In this document: piece after piece, positions 18,135 through 33,290 of the stretch | Layout: each line of letters opens with the position of its first letter | Position numbering within the stretch: the stretch's first letter is position 1 | NCBI GenBank assembly: GCA_011109175.1 | Contig: RDEW01000063.1 | Span: 34,920-98,919 of the forward strand | Origin: Dicyema japonicum | Lineage: Eukaryota; Animalia; Dicyemida | Length of the DNA stretch: 64,000 nucleotides | Direction of reading: 5' to 3' | Made by a program: the position numbers and the translations under genes | The notes under the pieces: generated by a model | Seen by the model: the letters and a program-made list of their open reading frames with translations, nothing else | What the model was told of the DNA's origin: nothing | The model's database searches: none

Positions 18135-18323
18135 CGTGAGGAAATATAACAATTATGTTTCTACGATAATATTAATAAATAAATTAATTATATTTTTTTA
18201 CAAAATAATTTAAAACTCGGTTAGAAATAATATTGCTAAATTTAAATTTGTTTAAAAATGATAAATTAAAAATAATCGAATAAAATATTGAATTCTGTGT
18301 TAATAATAAATTTCTCATTTGGA

Positions 18324-19505
18324 ATGTCGTATGTCTTATAATTTATAATTCTAGACTATTAAATATATTTTATTGTAACAATGGGTGTTTAGCTACTAAA
18401 AGAATTTTTGCCGACTGCACAACGACCAGAGAGACTATTAAAAACGTGCCCATGCTTTAAAAAAAACTAGATTTTTGATGTTGATTTCTTCGACAAAAGC
18501 ACCGTGGACTATTTGGTCTTGTTCATTGCTTACAGCAATAATAAACATGTGGTTTTATGTGATATAAATCTGCAGTATTATCTTGAAACAAAGAAGAGTT
18601 TGAAAAGTCTTCTCAGGAATAAAGAGGAGTCTTTTGTCTTTCAAGTTTATGTCGTGAAGTGTGAGGACTCATTCGAGACCATTTTGGATCTGCTGTTTTG
18701 TCCTACGACACGAAGACAGCTCGGAAAGGTACTCAAGAAGATGCACAAGTCGAGAATACTGTTTTCCATTAGTCCCTTAATTCGCAGAGTTTCCTTCTCA
18801 GATTCCGGGGAATTCACATCCTACGACGTGGATATAAGAAACATACCCACAAAGGCTATACAAGAACAGGCTAAAAACGATCTTATCGAGAAACTACGGA
18901 CAGAAATCTTATCCAACCATGCCCAAGTCATTGGAGACCTGGGTAGTATTTACAACAGGATAGGTTTTCTAGAAGGTATCAGTTTTGCTTATTTTTAGAT
19001 GGCCAGAAACGTATGTATTATTATTGCTTGCTCTTAGTGTGGATTACAAAGTCAATTTAAGTAATTTGAGAGAAACAGTGGCCAAAAAATCCGAGAATAC
19101 ATCTCCTGAAAACAAGAAACTGGCGGATTTATTAATCGGGGGTTTTGTTGGGTCGTTTCTTGTAGAATTTGATAGTTTGAGTGAAAAATTTTATGATCTT
19201 ACAGCAAGGACTACGGATGACTACATATATAGTACATATAACCAGTTTGACGAAAAATTTAATAGTCTAATTGAAAACCTTAAAGATTCCACTTTGAAAA
19301 GTCTCGAAAATTTAAAAGATCAATTTGAAAAACAGAACAATGAAATTAAGGGTTTGTAGCCGTTTTATTGTTTGTAGGTCTTATTTCAGACATGAATCCG
19401 TCACGTGATCCATCATGGCACTCAATTCTTTCGGAAGATTTCATAGAAATCTCTGACGACGATGAAACGAATTCCGTTTATTTCCAACGGAATAATCGGG
19501 ATTAG
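18324..19505 (+). CDS. Unidentified host gene with at least 4 tiny introns; coiled-coil and acidic C-terminus
   Basis: ORFs 18504-18998 and 18985-19359 join through GT-AG micro-introns in a consistent frame from ATG 18324 to TAG 19505; no TE motifs. Confidence 0.65.
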
Positions 19506-20141
19506 TTAATATTCCATCATTCTTTTACATTTCGAATTTTTAAAACTTGTTTTGGTTTTGTAATTGATTTTAAATGAGATTTGATGTATCGATTTACACA
19601 TATTATGTTAGTGCCAATTGAATTTCTAATTAAATTATTGATTTCAATTACAATCTTCCATAAATTGTCTAACTTAATGGTTTCATGGGAAAACATGTTT
19701 GGATAGAAATGTGACTCACGTGGAGAGAGGATTTATCAATTTATCGATAATTTTATAAAAGGGGAGTTATTTTAAGTATTAAAGATGTCTAATTTAACTA
19801 CTTTTATTGTATTTAAAGTTATATATATTTTCTAACATCAACTTAATTATTGTATTATCTTTTTGAATAAGTATTTGGATTTAACTCTCCCACTCTTCTC
19901 GTGGGAATGGATTATCAAAATAATTTTAGTCAATTTATTGAAATGTAATTTTAAAATTATTAAAATCAGATATGTATACAAGACCAATTAAATGGGATTA
20001 GTATATTAATGAATTTGTGTCCAAGTGAATTGACAATTAAGTAATCGAATTAGTCTAGCTTAATTAATTTGGAAGTTGTTTTAATATTAAAACATTTTAA
20101 AGCAATAATTAAATATTGTAAATTATGATTCGACTAAACTT

Positions 20142-20980
20142 TTGGATACTGTATCAAATAACGGGATTAAAATTAGAGGCAGGAACATCAATAATTTGCG
20201 CTATGCTGACGATACAACCTTACTGGCTGAAACAGAGGATGGCCTCAGGGGGTTGATTCTAAGATTAAGAGAAGAGAGCGCCGTCTTTGGTTTATTGCTA
20301 AATATCAAGAAGACCAAAATTATGACTACTGCTAATAATGGAATAATGGAAATAAAAATTGGGAATGAGAAATTAGAGAGTTGCGATAATGTTGTCTTTC
20401 TGGGATGTCTAATTAATCGGAATGGTGACGGAGGCTTGGAAATCAAAAGGCGAATTACCATGGAACGAGACACCTTCCAGAGAATGAATAGAATTTGGAA
20501 AAACGAAAATATTTGCTTAAGGACCAAATGCAGACTAGTTAATGCAATCGTGTTCCCGGTTTTTCTACACGGCGCAGAATCATGGATACTGAAAAAGGCG
20601 GATATACGAAAAATTGATGCTTTTGAGCTGTGGTGCTGGAGGAGGTTACTAAGAATCCCTTGGACTTCCAAAATAACAAACATCGATGTACTCAAACGGG
20701 TAAAGACTGACATTTCGCTAGAAGGAAGAATCGTAAAACACACATTGGCGTTCTTTGGGCATGTTGTCCGCTCTGATTCACTGGAAAAAACCATTATGCT
20801 GAGCAATATTACTGAGAAGAGAAGACCTGGCCGACTGAGGACTCGGTGGCTATCCACGTGGAAGACGTCACGAGAATGCCTATATCAAGGCTACTTAAAA
20901 TTGCAACGGATCGGGGAGGAAACTCGTTCATGAGATCTCCAAGGGTCGGACACGACTTAATTGGACAACATAACATAAAC
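20142..20980 (+). mobile_element. 5'-truncated BovB-like RTE retrotransposon
   Basis: GIKIRGRNINNLRYADDTTL...KIDAFELWCWRRLLRIPW...FFGHVVRSDSLEKTIML; 3' tail GGTCGGACACGACTT. Confidence 0.9.
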
Positions 20981-21897
20981 TTGAAAGATAGGAATCTATA
21001 GTGGTCACATGCGTTTCCTTCTTTTTCAAGACCCACAAGATTCCATCCTTTGAAAAATATCTGATTTTCTTTTCATACAAAAATTTGAAATTCATACAAT
21101 AGCTCTGTACAGAAATAGTCAGTTAATCAACGAGTTTAACACTCATATTTTGCTATCAAAAGAAATATTATTGTAGCTGTTCGAAAGGGTTGTCAAGTAT
21201 GCAGGTTTTCATTCCTTTCAAAGTATGAAATTAATACAATTCATATATTTTGTCGCGAGCACAACGGACAACCATGCACAACGGACAACAAATCACGTGT
21301 CAATCAATGTCAAAATCACGCCATGTCATTTGATAGTAGATTAGATAATAGCACTTTCGTGTAAATATTCGTAAATCTAAGGATGCCTGCATACAGAGGT
21401 TTTATTAAATGTTATGAGGAATATGAAATATTCGAACGCATTATTAAAGACCAAGTATTTCCAAGTACCAACAGGCATAATAAATTTCGTCTTCTACAAA
21501 AAGCAAGAAATTTCATGATGATCAACGATAAAATGATCTCAAAGATCAGAATGGAAATCACAAGCTTGTCATTTGTATGGACAATGATATGGATTTTTAA
21601 CCTCAGCACTCCACAACCAGTCTCATCTTCTAATGAATAAAATGAGGATCTCTGCAATAAACATTACTTCCACATTAAAAGAAGTGTTATCCGCAAAGTA
21701 ATTAATTCCTGTGAAATCTGTAAGTTTTCTACTCCTTTAAAAGTTTGTTTTTTGGTAATATTTTAATAGATAGGTGATGAAGAACATCATTGCATTAAAA
21801 CCACATGAAAAGTTTCAAATAGATCTTATTGATCTGAAAATATTTTTCAATTATTATTTTTTTTTAACAAAAAATTTTTTTAACAATTAAACAAATG

Positions 21898-22348
21898 TCA
21901 GTTGAGGAAGCCTGCTGCGTGGATTGCGAACGAGTTCCCTCGGAGTATGGCTATTCCAATCTTTTGTCTTAGCCATAACCCTTCTCGTTGATCCCTTTTC
22001 TTTCTGACAAGCAATCCTCCGAGTTCTTGCAAGAATTCAGCCGTCATTGGACCAACGGCTCCCGATGATTCGGTCGCAACAGGAGTAAATCGGTAGCGAT
22101 CCCCGAGGCAAGAATATTTCTTGATTTTTAGGTTTTCCGCGGTCGAAGCAGCTGCTCCAGGTGTCTGAACAGATTTTAAATGTTCGTGCTTGAGAACGTG
22201 TCTATGCAAGTTGCGTCCCAGACCAAAGATCTTCCAGACGTGAAGGGGAAAAGGGTCATCCCGTCAGGTCTCTTCCCATCTCCTCGATCAAGACCCACTG
22301 GTTCAAGCTGTGCTGGGAAGCCTGAAGCCTTCAGAGCTCTGACGATCA
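21898..22348 (-). mobile_element. CRE-clade 3' fragment (restriction-like endonuclease)
   Basis: [24 protein letters not shown]...KKYSCLG...FTPVATES...RQKIGIAILRGNS. Confidence 0.9.
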
Positions 22349-22389
22349 ATTATTTTTTATAAATAAATATTTAAAACTAAAAATTTTAC

Positions 22390-23393
22390 ATGTCTTCGAA
22401 AGCTTCTCGTTGTAATTATATAAGGTTTCCAAAAACTCGAAATTTTGAGATATAAAGATGAGAATAATGCTACATCGTGTCAAACAATCGCTCAAAGATT
22501 TTCTGATTTATTTGATATTCGGATTTCAAGAAAAACAGTGAATAATATTCTTAATTCCCGAGAGTCCATATTAAAAATATCTAAAAATTATAATCCTTCA
22601 ACAAAGACATGCAAATCGTCAGAATTTCCTGAACTTGATACTAAGCTTATTGAATGGATGGATTTGATGGAATCTAAGGGTATTTTTAATTTGCTTATGT
22701 TATGTGCTATGTTAAATGATAGATTAATATCAAATAAAGCACAAAATATTGCTGAAAAGTTATCAATTTGTGATTTCAAGAATTCAAAAGGATTTATAAC
22801 AAGATTCAAAAAAGACATGTTTTTCGAATGCATAAATTACACGGGAAACAATTAAAAATTGTTTCAATAAATTGCGTAAACAAAATATCGAGGTCATTCC
22901 AAATGATTGGGGGCAATATTATTACTGAATGTTTTAGGGAAATTGGCATTTTGGACCCTTTGGACATAGAAATATTCATTGATATTCAATACCATTAAAA
23001 TGAAGCAATAATTAATGAATACGACGAAATGGTGTTATTGGAGAGGTCTGAAAAAAATCCATTGTCGAAGACGAAATGATGAATTCTAAAAAAGGACGAA
23101 ATAATTGATGGAGGTACTAGAACTGAAAACAAAACTGAGATTTTAAATGCACTATATCTGATTGAACAAAAAATAATAAATAATATCGAAAATGATGTAA
23201 AAATAATTTCCGCTATTAGAAGATACACTCAAAATAATATTTTAAAAAATAAGACAGCTTGGGTTAAAATACTATTTTGATAAAAAAATAATTTTTTTAC
23301 TAATGGTTTTTTAAATAATTTTTTTTCAATTTCCCAAATTGGCCAAAAACAGTTCAGAAACAATTTTGGGCCAATTTAAGGGACTTTACTGTA
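22390..23393 (+). mobile_element. pogo/Tigger-type transposon remnant with right TIR
   Basis: HTH/CENP-B-like ISRKTVNNIL...FPELDTKLIEW...FKNSKGFITRFKK; right end reverse-complements to TA|CAGTAAAGTCCCTTAAATTGGCC. Confidence 0.8.
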
Positions 23394-24329
23394 TTTAATT
23401 TAGGTTTCAATGGAATTAAAAGGCATATTCTATGAATATGGGCTTTGTATGATTTTACAATCAGACAATGCTACAGAATTTAAAAATTATGATATTCGGG
23501 CACTTACTAATTAATTTAATATTAAACAAGTTCACGGAAGACCAAACAATCCTCGTTCTCAAGGCATTCGGTTGTTTTTATATTTTTAAGGTGTCATAGA
23601 ACGATTCAATCAAACCACCTCACAGAATCTGTCAAAAATGATGGAAAAAAACGCTGAAAAATCTTGGATTTAAATGTTATTTAGTGTCACTTATAACATA
23701 ACTGTACATTCGTCGAATGGAAGAACACTTTTGTATAGAGGCATTCCTGGTTTGAACACTGTTACAATAAATGATGGTTGGTTGTATTTTTTTATAATTT
23801 GACAGATTTGGAGAATGATATTTGCGAAAAGACAGTAAACACTAATGTCGTTTTGTATGATGAGACGAAACAAATAATGAAGCTACAAAGTCTGCTTGTG
23901 AAATGGGTTACAAAAATGATTTTAAAATTAGAAAACTTTCAACTTACGTTCATTAAACCAACTTTGAATTCACCTCATTTTAAGAGGATGAACAAAAAGC
24001 TGAATGTTTATCATGGTAAATACACGTTTTCTATAGGAGATCAAATTTTTATTAAATAATTAAATGTAAGTTCGAGTTTTAAAAAATTATTGAACTAATC
24101 CTTTTCTAAGGATAATAAATTTGCGAGTCCATACTGTGAGAATGTAAAAGTTTTAAGTTTATTATCAAACAATCTTGTAGAGGTTAATATGTAAAAAAAT
24201 ATTTTTAGGTTTGTTTATTAACTGGTGAAAAAAATTATTCCAATGCATAAGGTCAAAAAATATAATTAATTTTGATGTAATAAATTTTTTTTTTTTTTTA
24301 TAAATAATTTATTACTTTATAACAATTTA

Positions 24330-24650
24330 ATTTGGGATGCTGCCTGTACTGACAGCTTTTCCCAGTCGAAACTTTTGAGGTCGGCAATGAAAGCGGGAGA
24401 GGCCGCCCGTTTATATGAAAACTCAAAAATAAAGAAATACAGCAGCCTCCTAAACCGTTTCCATGTACAGCCAGTGGTCGTCGAGACGAGCGGAGTCTTT
24501 GGCCCCAAGACGGTCTCTTTCCTTAGAGCACTTGGGTGTCTATTGACCAAAGCCTCGAGGGAGCGTCGGGAAACCGAGTGGCTTTTCCAAAGGATATCCC
24601 TGGCAGTAGTCAGAGGTAACAGCCACTCGATCATATCCGCTGGACTCTAG
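24330..24650 (+). mobile_element. CRE-clade 3' fragment
   Basis: WDAACTDS...KIKKYSSL...PVVVETSGVFG...LFQRISLAVVRGNS. Confidence 0.85.
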
Positions 24651-24722
24651 AACGATTTTATTGTAATAAATTATCTCTAGATTATTTTATTTCAGTAATT
24701 AATCGTGATATTGTTTGAATTT

Positions 24723-26480
24723 GGTTGAGCTGGTGACGTGGCTCTATTGCGCACATGTCTTTTTCGTCCTTTTCTTCGGGATCTTTCACTATCAGCTCGT
24801 TCAATGCAAGAGGATTAAAGTCGGATACTAAAGGAAGAAATTTATGCGTGATCTTGGATCGTACAAGGCAACCGTAGCGTGCTTACAGGAAACGAAAGTA
24901 AAAGGCGGACTAGATGAAATCAACAATGTTTTCCGCCTGATTCTGCACCCTTCGAATTGCCCACACTACGGCATACAAAAAGAACTGAACAATCGAATCC
25001 ACAAGACGTGGAGGGTGAGTGATAGAATATGTGTTTTACAATTAAAATACAATGAAAAAAACAATTCCATAATCTCCATTATTAATGAATATGAACCAAC
25101 TTCGGTGAGAGCATCAATCAATGGAGACGAACTAGATGACTTCTATTTTTCCTTGTCGCAAGTATATGCAGCTTTGGAAACATCGTTCCGGAGATTGGAA
25201 CGCAAAGGCAGGACGTGGGAGTAGTCACGAAAAATTCATGGGAAGCCATGGAAGAGGGAGCAGGAACCAGTCAGACTATTTCTATGCAATACTGCTTTCA
25301 GCACTCAGCAAGACATAAGACGACATGGAGCTGCTACCGAAAGGACAAATCTGGGACTATCAAGCCTATATATAACCAAATAGATTACATTATCTGCAAA
25401 CATGCCTACAAGGCAACTACTAACAGATTCTCGGAGCTACAGTGGGACACTAGTAGATAGTGATCACAGATTGGTTGTGGCACGTTTCCTCTTCAAACGA
25501 TATTTTGGGGTTTCCAAAGCGGCTGGCATGAAAATATCTGAAGGGAGGTTCGCAGTGGAGCAACTCTGCATGGTGGGACCGACTCGGGAAAGCTATCAAA
25601 AAATATTGAGAGAAAAGATCAGACAGTGGAATAAAGAAAAAATGCCTGGGGAGCTGTGGCAAGACACCATCGATGCAATAAAGTGCGCGGCCCATTCAAC
25701 AACTTGAGTAAAACCGAAGCATTTCAACGGAAAATATGACCACGAGTTTGAAGAATTATCCAAATTGCAGAGGAACCTACGTTTGCAGGTCGAAACCTGT
25801 TAGGACCAGGCAAAGGAACAGACTCTAAGAGTCATGCGGAACCAAACCTGTATAAAATAAAGAAAAGAACAAGGGAAATAAAGGAAAATAAACTTGTTGG
25901 AATGGCTAAAGAAGTAGAAAGGCTCAAAACGGAGTGCAGATGTTCAAAGTTGTTCATTTACTACATAGAGACACGCAGTCATCAAAAATCACAATAAATG
26001 ATCAGTTTGGAAAGACTATGTTAAACAAAAATGAAATTTTATCGGCCATATCCAGCTATTATCAGCAGGCCATCAATCAAAACCACGAGGAAAACATCAA
26101 ACAATTCGATGGTGAAGCACGAGAACTAAATATTCCGAAAACGAATCTGGAAACAAAAAAAGCCCTGGATAAATTAAAAAACAATAGAGCTGCTGACCCT
26201 GACAACATAAATGCAGAACTTCTCAAATATGCACCGACCGAGATCTCTGAGCTATTAACTGAAATATACAACAAAATATTCAAATACAACTCACCCCTGG
26301 AGATAGGTAATGGCACACTAATTGCACTACAAAAACCGGGCAAGGCTAAGGGCCCCTTAACGAATCTAAGACCCATCGTACTATTGACGACTCTACGCAA
26401 GACACTGTCACTTATAGTGTTGAATTGGATTGGACCTGACATTGAGAACTTTCTCTTTCACGGTCAAAGCGGAGGCTGTT
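24723..26480 (+). mobile_element. RTE element, 5' end, endonuclease and RT N-terminus
   Basis: CLQETK, YNQIDYI, DSDHRLV, LKNNRAADPDNINAELLKY, LRPIVLL; 5' motif GGTTGAGCTGGTGACGTG. Confidence 0.9.
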
Positions 26481-27717
26481 TGCTGTCCAGTGCTGCACAA
26501 CCGCTTCAAGCAGAGTTCAGACTCAAAACTCATTCGTATAGACAGGGAATTATATATAAGGCACATAACATCATTCTTTACATTTAGACATAATATTACC
26601 ATAAGTGATCAAAACTACTAATTATAGTAATATCCAAAATTCACTTTCTACATAGATTTGACTTAAAACTGGCATATTTAATATGCAATCCTTTTGATTT
26701 TTATTACTTTCCATGAACTTTGTGATTGTCCATGGATATTTCCTCAAACTTTATAATTAATAAAATATTCATATGCTCTGTGTTAGTAAGAACTACAGAT
26801 GTAACATGTGGCTATCTTCTCCTTTTTACCAGACTGGGTTAACTTGGTCTTACCCGAATTCCTTATTTAAAAAATATGAGAATTTATCGATTTATCTATA
26901 ATACAATCAGTTTTGATTTACAAGTCAATACTCTTTGATTCATTAGTCTGCACTCCAACCTTAACTGTTTCTCAGTTTTTGTAATATTCCAGTCAGTCCG
27001 TTTATCAATACATTTTCCTTCTTAGAGATAACTTTAAGTTTTTATTAGTAATTTTTTTTCTTTTAATTTTTGACTTCAACTGCATTTTAGCAACCCAATA
27101 ATTTTCTATGTGGTCTTTAGAACCACAGTTTACAAACACACTTTACATTCTATTTTCTCATAAAGACTTGAACAAATTAGGCATTCCACACAATTTTTAA
27201 CAAAAAGGCGATTTTTGACCAAAGTCCTGACATGCACTTGACTTGATGTCTTGACTTTTGTAAAACCAATTTTTATCCCCAATCTAGTTCTCTGTCATAC
27301 ATCCTACTTTTATTATTGGTAATCACACTTTGTTTTAAGAACGTTCCAGAATAATTTTATAAGAATTAAGATTATTATTTTCTAACCACGTGAACGTTTT
27401 TTTAAACATTTCCCATATGAAAATATTTATTTTATTCAATATACATTTTAAAACTCTCCTGGTCTTTTATAGATGTAAATTTAAGCACCAAAGACAATCT
27501 CACCTTCCATGCAGATTTCACAAAGGATATTGAATGCGATAACCAAAGATCTGTAATCAATAATCAAACTTAGAAAATAATAAGTTAACCTTTAAGAATT
27601 ACTCCAAATTCATTCTTTCAATCGAATTTATGGAAAAACGGAATCATAAATTTTGTTTGTTCAAGTTTTACTTTCTATTTACTTATTTGAATGAAAAACT
27701 CAAAGATACATAAAGTC

Positions 27718-27815
27718 TCTCGAATCCGCCAATTATAACTAATAAATTCTTTAATCCGCCATTTTTTCTAACAAAATTTCTCGAATCTGCCAGATTTTTT
27801 TAATGAATCCGCCAT
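27718..27815. repeat. Four spaced AATC(C/T)GCCA motifs
   Basis: Copies near 27723, 27754, 27784 and 27806 in an AT-rich background. Confidence 0.75.
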
Positions 27816-28016
27816 GTCTCTTAATTTTAAATAATTTTTTAAATAACATATTAACACGTTGTCATTTTTTATTGTTGTTTTCATGAAACGTTACTGTACA
27901 CGATTAAAAACAAACAAAAAATTGCATTTTAAAGTTTATTGAATCGAATATTGAATTCAGAAATTTTTTTCCAAGCCCCGCATGTGCAACACTCATGGAA
28001 ACAATATTTCTTTTTT

Positions 28017-29200
28017 GGTGAGGTGGTGACGTGCCTGTTTCTTAATTTGATAACAGTTGAGAAAAATGTCTAAAAAACACAATCGAGAACTCAGGCTAAT
28101 GTCGTTCAACGTACGTGGAATATCGAAAGATTAAAAAGTACTTTGTGACGATCTCGAGAAATACAAAATATCTATTGGCTGCCTACAAGAGACGAAAATC
28201 GACAATGGGCATGGAACAACTACCGACTGATTCTCTTCCTGACTGAATGCTAGCACTACGGTATGGGATTTGCCTTACACGTAGATTACCTCAAAAAACT
28301 ACATCGCTATTAGAGAGTCAACGACCGAATATGTGTCTTACAAGTCAAACTAAATGATTTATGCTCGTCCAAGAGTCTATTAGCTATCATAAATGTCTAT
28401 TCACCACACTGTGGACGAGTAATCATGAACCCCGGTGAGCTCGAGGAATTCTATCAGAACTATCAAGCACATACTCTAATAATGCTTCCTCGTCCCTTGT
28501 TTTTGTTGCGGGAGATATGAATGCAAAGGCCGGAACGCGAATGGGACCCGAAGAATCCTCTATTGGAAGACATAAGCGCGGAAGGAGAAATGCATCTGGA
28601 GCCTCTCTGGTGAACTTCTGCGAAGCAAACAGCATATTCCTGTGCAACACGGCCTTCAAACACTCAGCTTGCCACAAAACGACATGACACGGACAAAGAA
28701 AAAACTCTGTTGGGGAGTCTGTGAATATATACAATCAAATCGACTACATCATCTGCCGAAAGTCTGATAAACACCTGCTAAATGATGCACGTTTCTACCA
28801 GGAGACAACAACTGACAGCGACCATAGGATCGTTATTGCAGAACTGTCCGTAAAAAAGCACCTGACTGGGAAAAATATATTGAAAACGCGAAGGCGAGAC
28901 AAAGGCCCGATATATATTTTCAGACAGAAAAATTGTGGTTAAAGCCCACCTGTAAACAACAAATCGAGACTCTCATGGAAAAAACCGCACCGGAATCATC
29001 AGTGCGAACTCTGTGGGATCAAACAAAGCAGGTAATCTCCAAGTCGGCCGATATATGCCTTGGAGTTCGAAGTCATCACGCCCTAAAATTGGATCACCAC
29101 CCGAACGTGCCACATATGGCATGATTACTTTCCCTCTATCCAGGGAGAACCGAGGACACTTAAGAATCCAATCACAGTGGAAGAATTGGAATCAACCGAG
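28017..29200 (+). mobile_element. RTE element 5' part (AP endonuclease)
   Basis: SFNVRGI, CLQETK, NVYSPH, AGDMNAKAG, YNQIDYII, DSDHRIV. Confidence 0.88.
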
Positions 29201-29419
29201 TTAGAATATATCTAAAACCAATTTTCTAAGATAATGTTAAAATAAGAAGGTCCCCAAGTTAAAGGAGGTCAAATTTTCATATGGAATAGTGATGTCTAAT
29301 ACATTTTTCAACCTGGGCTACTAATAATGTATTAAAATTAACTTGAACAAATAAAAGCAGTAAACAGATTATTAAATCGACAAAACAATTAAAATTCTGA
29401 CGGATCAATTTCAAGGGAC

Positions 29420-31581
<2,162 letters not shown>

Positions 31582-31751
31582 AAATGACACACAACAACAA
31601 AAAACTTATAATGCCGCGTTATTTATATATTAAATAATTAAAGTTATTAATTGAAAATAACTTTATCATTTAGAAAAAATAATAATTCAATTAATGAATG
31701 GCTTATAAGATTTTTCCAATCGAATCAAGAGTTAATAACTAGGATATTTTT

Positions 31752-32460
31752 GGTTGAGTTAGTGACGTTGATTTTTACTATGGGAGCGAAAACATCTGTG
31801 CGTCCTACTTAATAGCTGCTGGCCTCCTACAAGTTAGTGAGGCTGGGGTTACTTAACTAACTAACTATGATCTTTACAATGCAGTCTGACATGATTCAGT
31901 TGGATGGCCTAATCTACTCTACTTTAACGTCAGGGGGATCTCGAAGACATGGGAGAGGAAAACACTGTGCGATGATTTAAAAAAGTACCGCATCTCTATC
32001 TGATGCCTGCGAGAAACAAAGGTCTCTGATGGATGCTGTAAACACTATGGAACCCATAAACTAATTCTCTTCCCCATGAATCGAAACATTACGGACAAGG
32101 TTTCGTAGTCCATGACCATCTTGTTCTTCGAATACATCAATTTTTTAAATTCAATGGCAGGATCAGTGTCCTACAAAACAGGATGAATGACATGTGCCCT
32201 TCCAAAAGCTGCACGCTCTTCATAGTGGTAGAATTTTGAAAACCCCTGGTGAACTGGATGACTTCTACTGTCTATTATTAAGGATTTACTCAGAATATAA
32301 AACTTCATCGCTGATATTTAACGTGATAGAGAGGTATCTTTCATGGGCAGACATCGACGGTGCCTGGAGAAACACTCCAAGAACGCTACTAACCAATTTC
32401 TGTCAAGTGAATTATCTCTTCCTAAGAAACAATGCCTTTCTGCATTTATCTCGCCGCAGG
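31752..32460 (+). mobile_element. Decayed RTE 5' end with inserted I-group 3' tail (31791-31868)
   Basis: 5' motif GGTTGAGTTAGTGACGT, TFNVRGI, PGELDDFY; 31791-31868 matches the reverse complement of 49972-50051. Confidence 0.7.
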
Positions 32461-32579
32461 AGCAAAGAGCTCAGGGCCCAAAAGTTTAAGTGGGACCATG
32501 TGCTTACAATAGTAAATCGAAATCGTACTACAGGAGAAGTGTGGAAAACTAACGTCGATTATCAAAAATTCGATTAATC

Positions 32580-33230
32580 AAAAAGTGATACTGTTATTAT
32601 AAAACATGTAAGATGACCCATCGTCTTTTAGACCGGTGACACTACTATATTCCATGTTAACAATCCTGGAGAGGCTCTGGAGAATAAAAGATAGGCCTTT
32701 TCAACACGGATTCAAAAATGAGAGATCCACGTCTACATAATTACAAACATTGACTGATTCATTCGAGTCGGATTTACAACAAGCCGAGACACTTAAAAAC
32801 AATGCTCTGCTCGGTTGACATATACAAAGCTGTTGACTCAGTCTCGAGGAAGATACTATCGAGAAATATATTTCAATCAGAGATACCAGGGAAATTCATT
32901 CTTTGGGCCACCAACTTTATAAGTGGACGAAGGGGAAGTGTATGCCTCGGAGGATTGAAATTTTTATCCCATCTTTTCCCCAACGGAGTCCCTGAAGGAT
33001 CTCCTTTATCTTTTGGTCTGTTTAATCTTTTTCTGGCCGATCTCCCGACTCTAGAATCTGATGTTCTACTTACATATGCGGATGATGTTGTGTTGTCTTT
33101 GCGAGATCTGGACATCCAGAAGGCCACAGAAAGAATACAAATTAACTTGGACCGGCTTAACGCCTGGATAATGGAGAACCGGCTCATGGTGAATTCAGGG
33201 AAGTCGACCACGTTCCTTTTTTACTTCCGA
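32580..33230 (+). mobile_element. I/Jockey-group RT fragment
   Basis: HGFKNERST, VDIYKAVDSV, NGVPEGSPLS, TYADD. Confidence 0.85.
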
Positions 33231-33290
33231 CAAAAGATTATTTATTTATTTAATAACCCCGAAAAGGGAACACCAAGAAAGAAGGAGTAA

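Larger units (their letters stand above)
21251..24250 (+). mobile_element. Ginger-like (retroviral-type DDE integrase) DNA transposon, intron-bearing, with nested insertions
   Basis: INSCEICK, KFQIDLIDL, ILQSDNATEFKN, HGRPNNPRSQGVIERFNQT, YNITVHSS; possible TGT start at 21251; no adjacent RT or LTR seen. Confidence 0.7.

Noticed and set aside
20201-20857. 218-aa minus-strand ORF and similar antisense ORFs in the track
   Set aside because: Shadow frames opposite RT or host coding sequence, with no independent motifs
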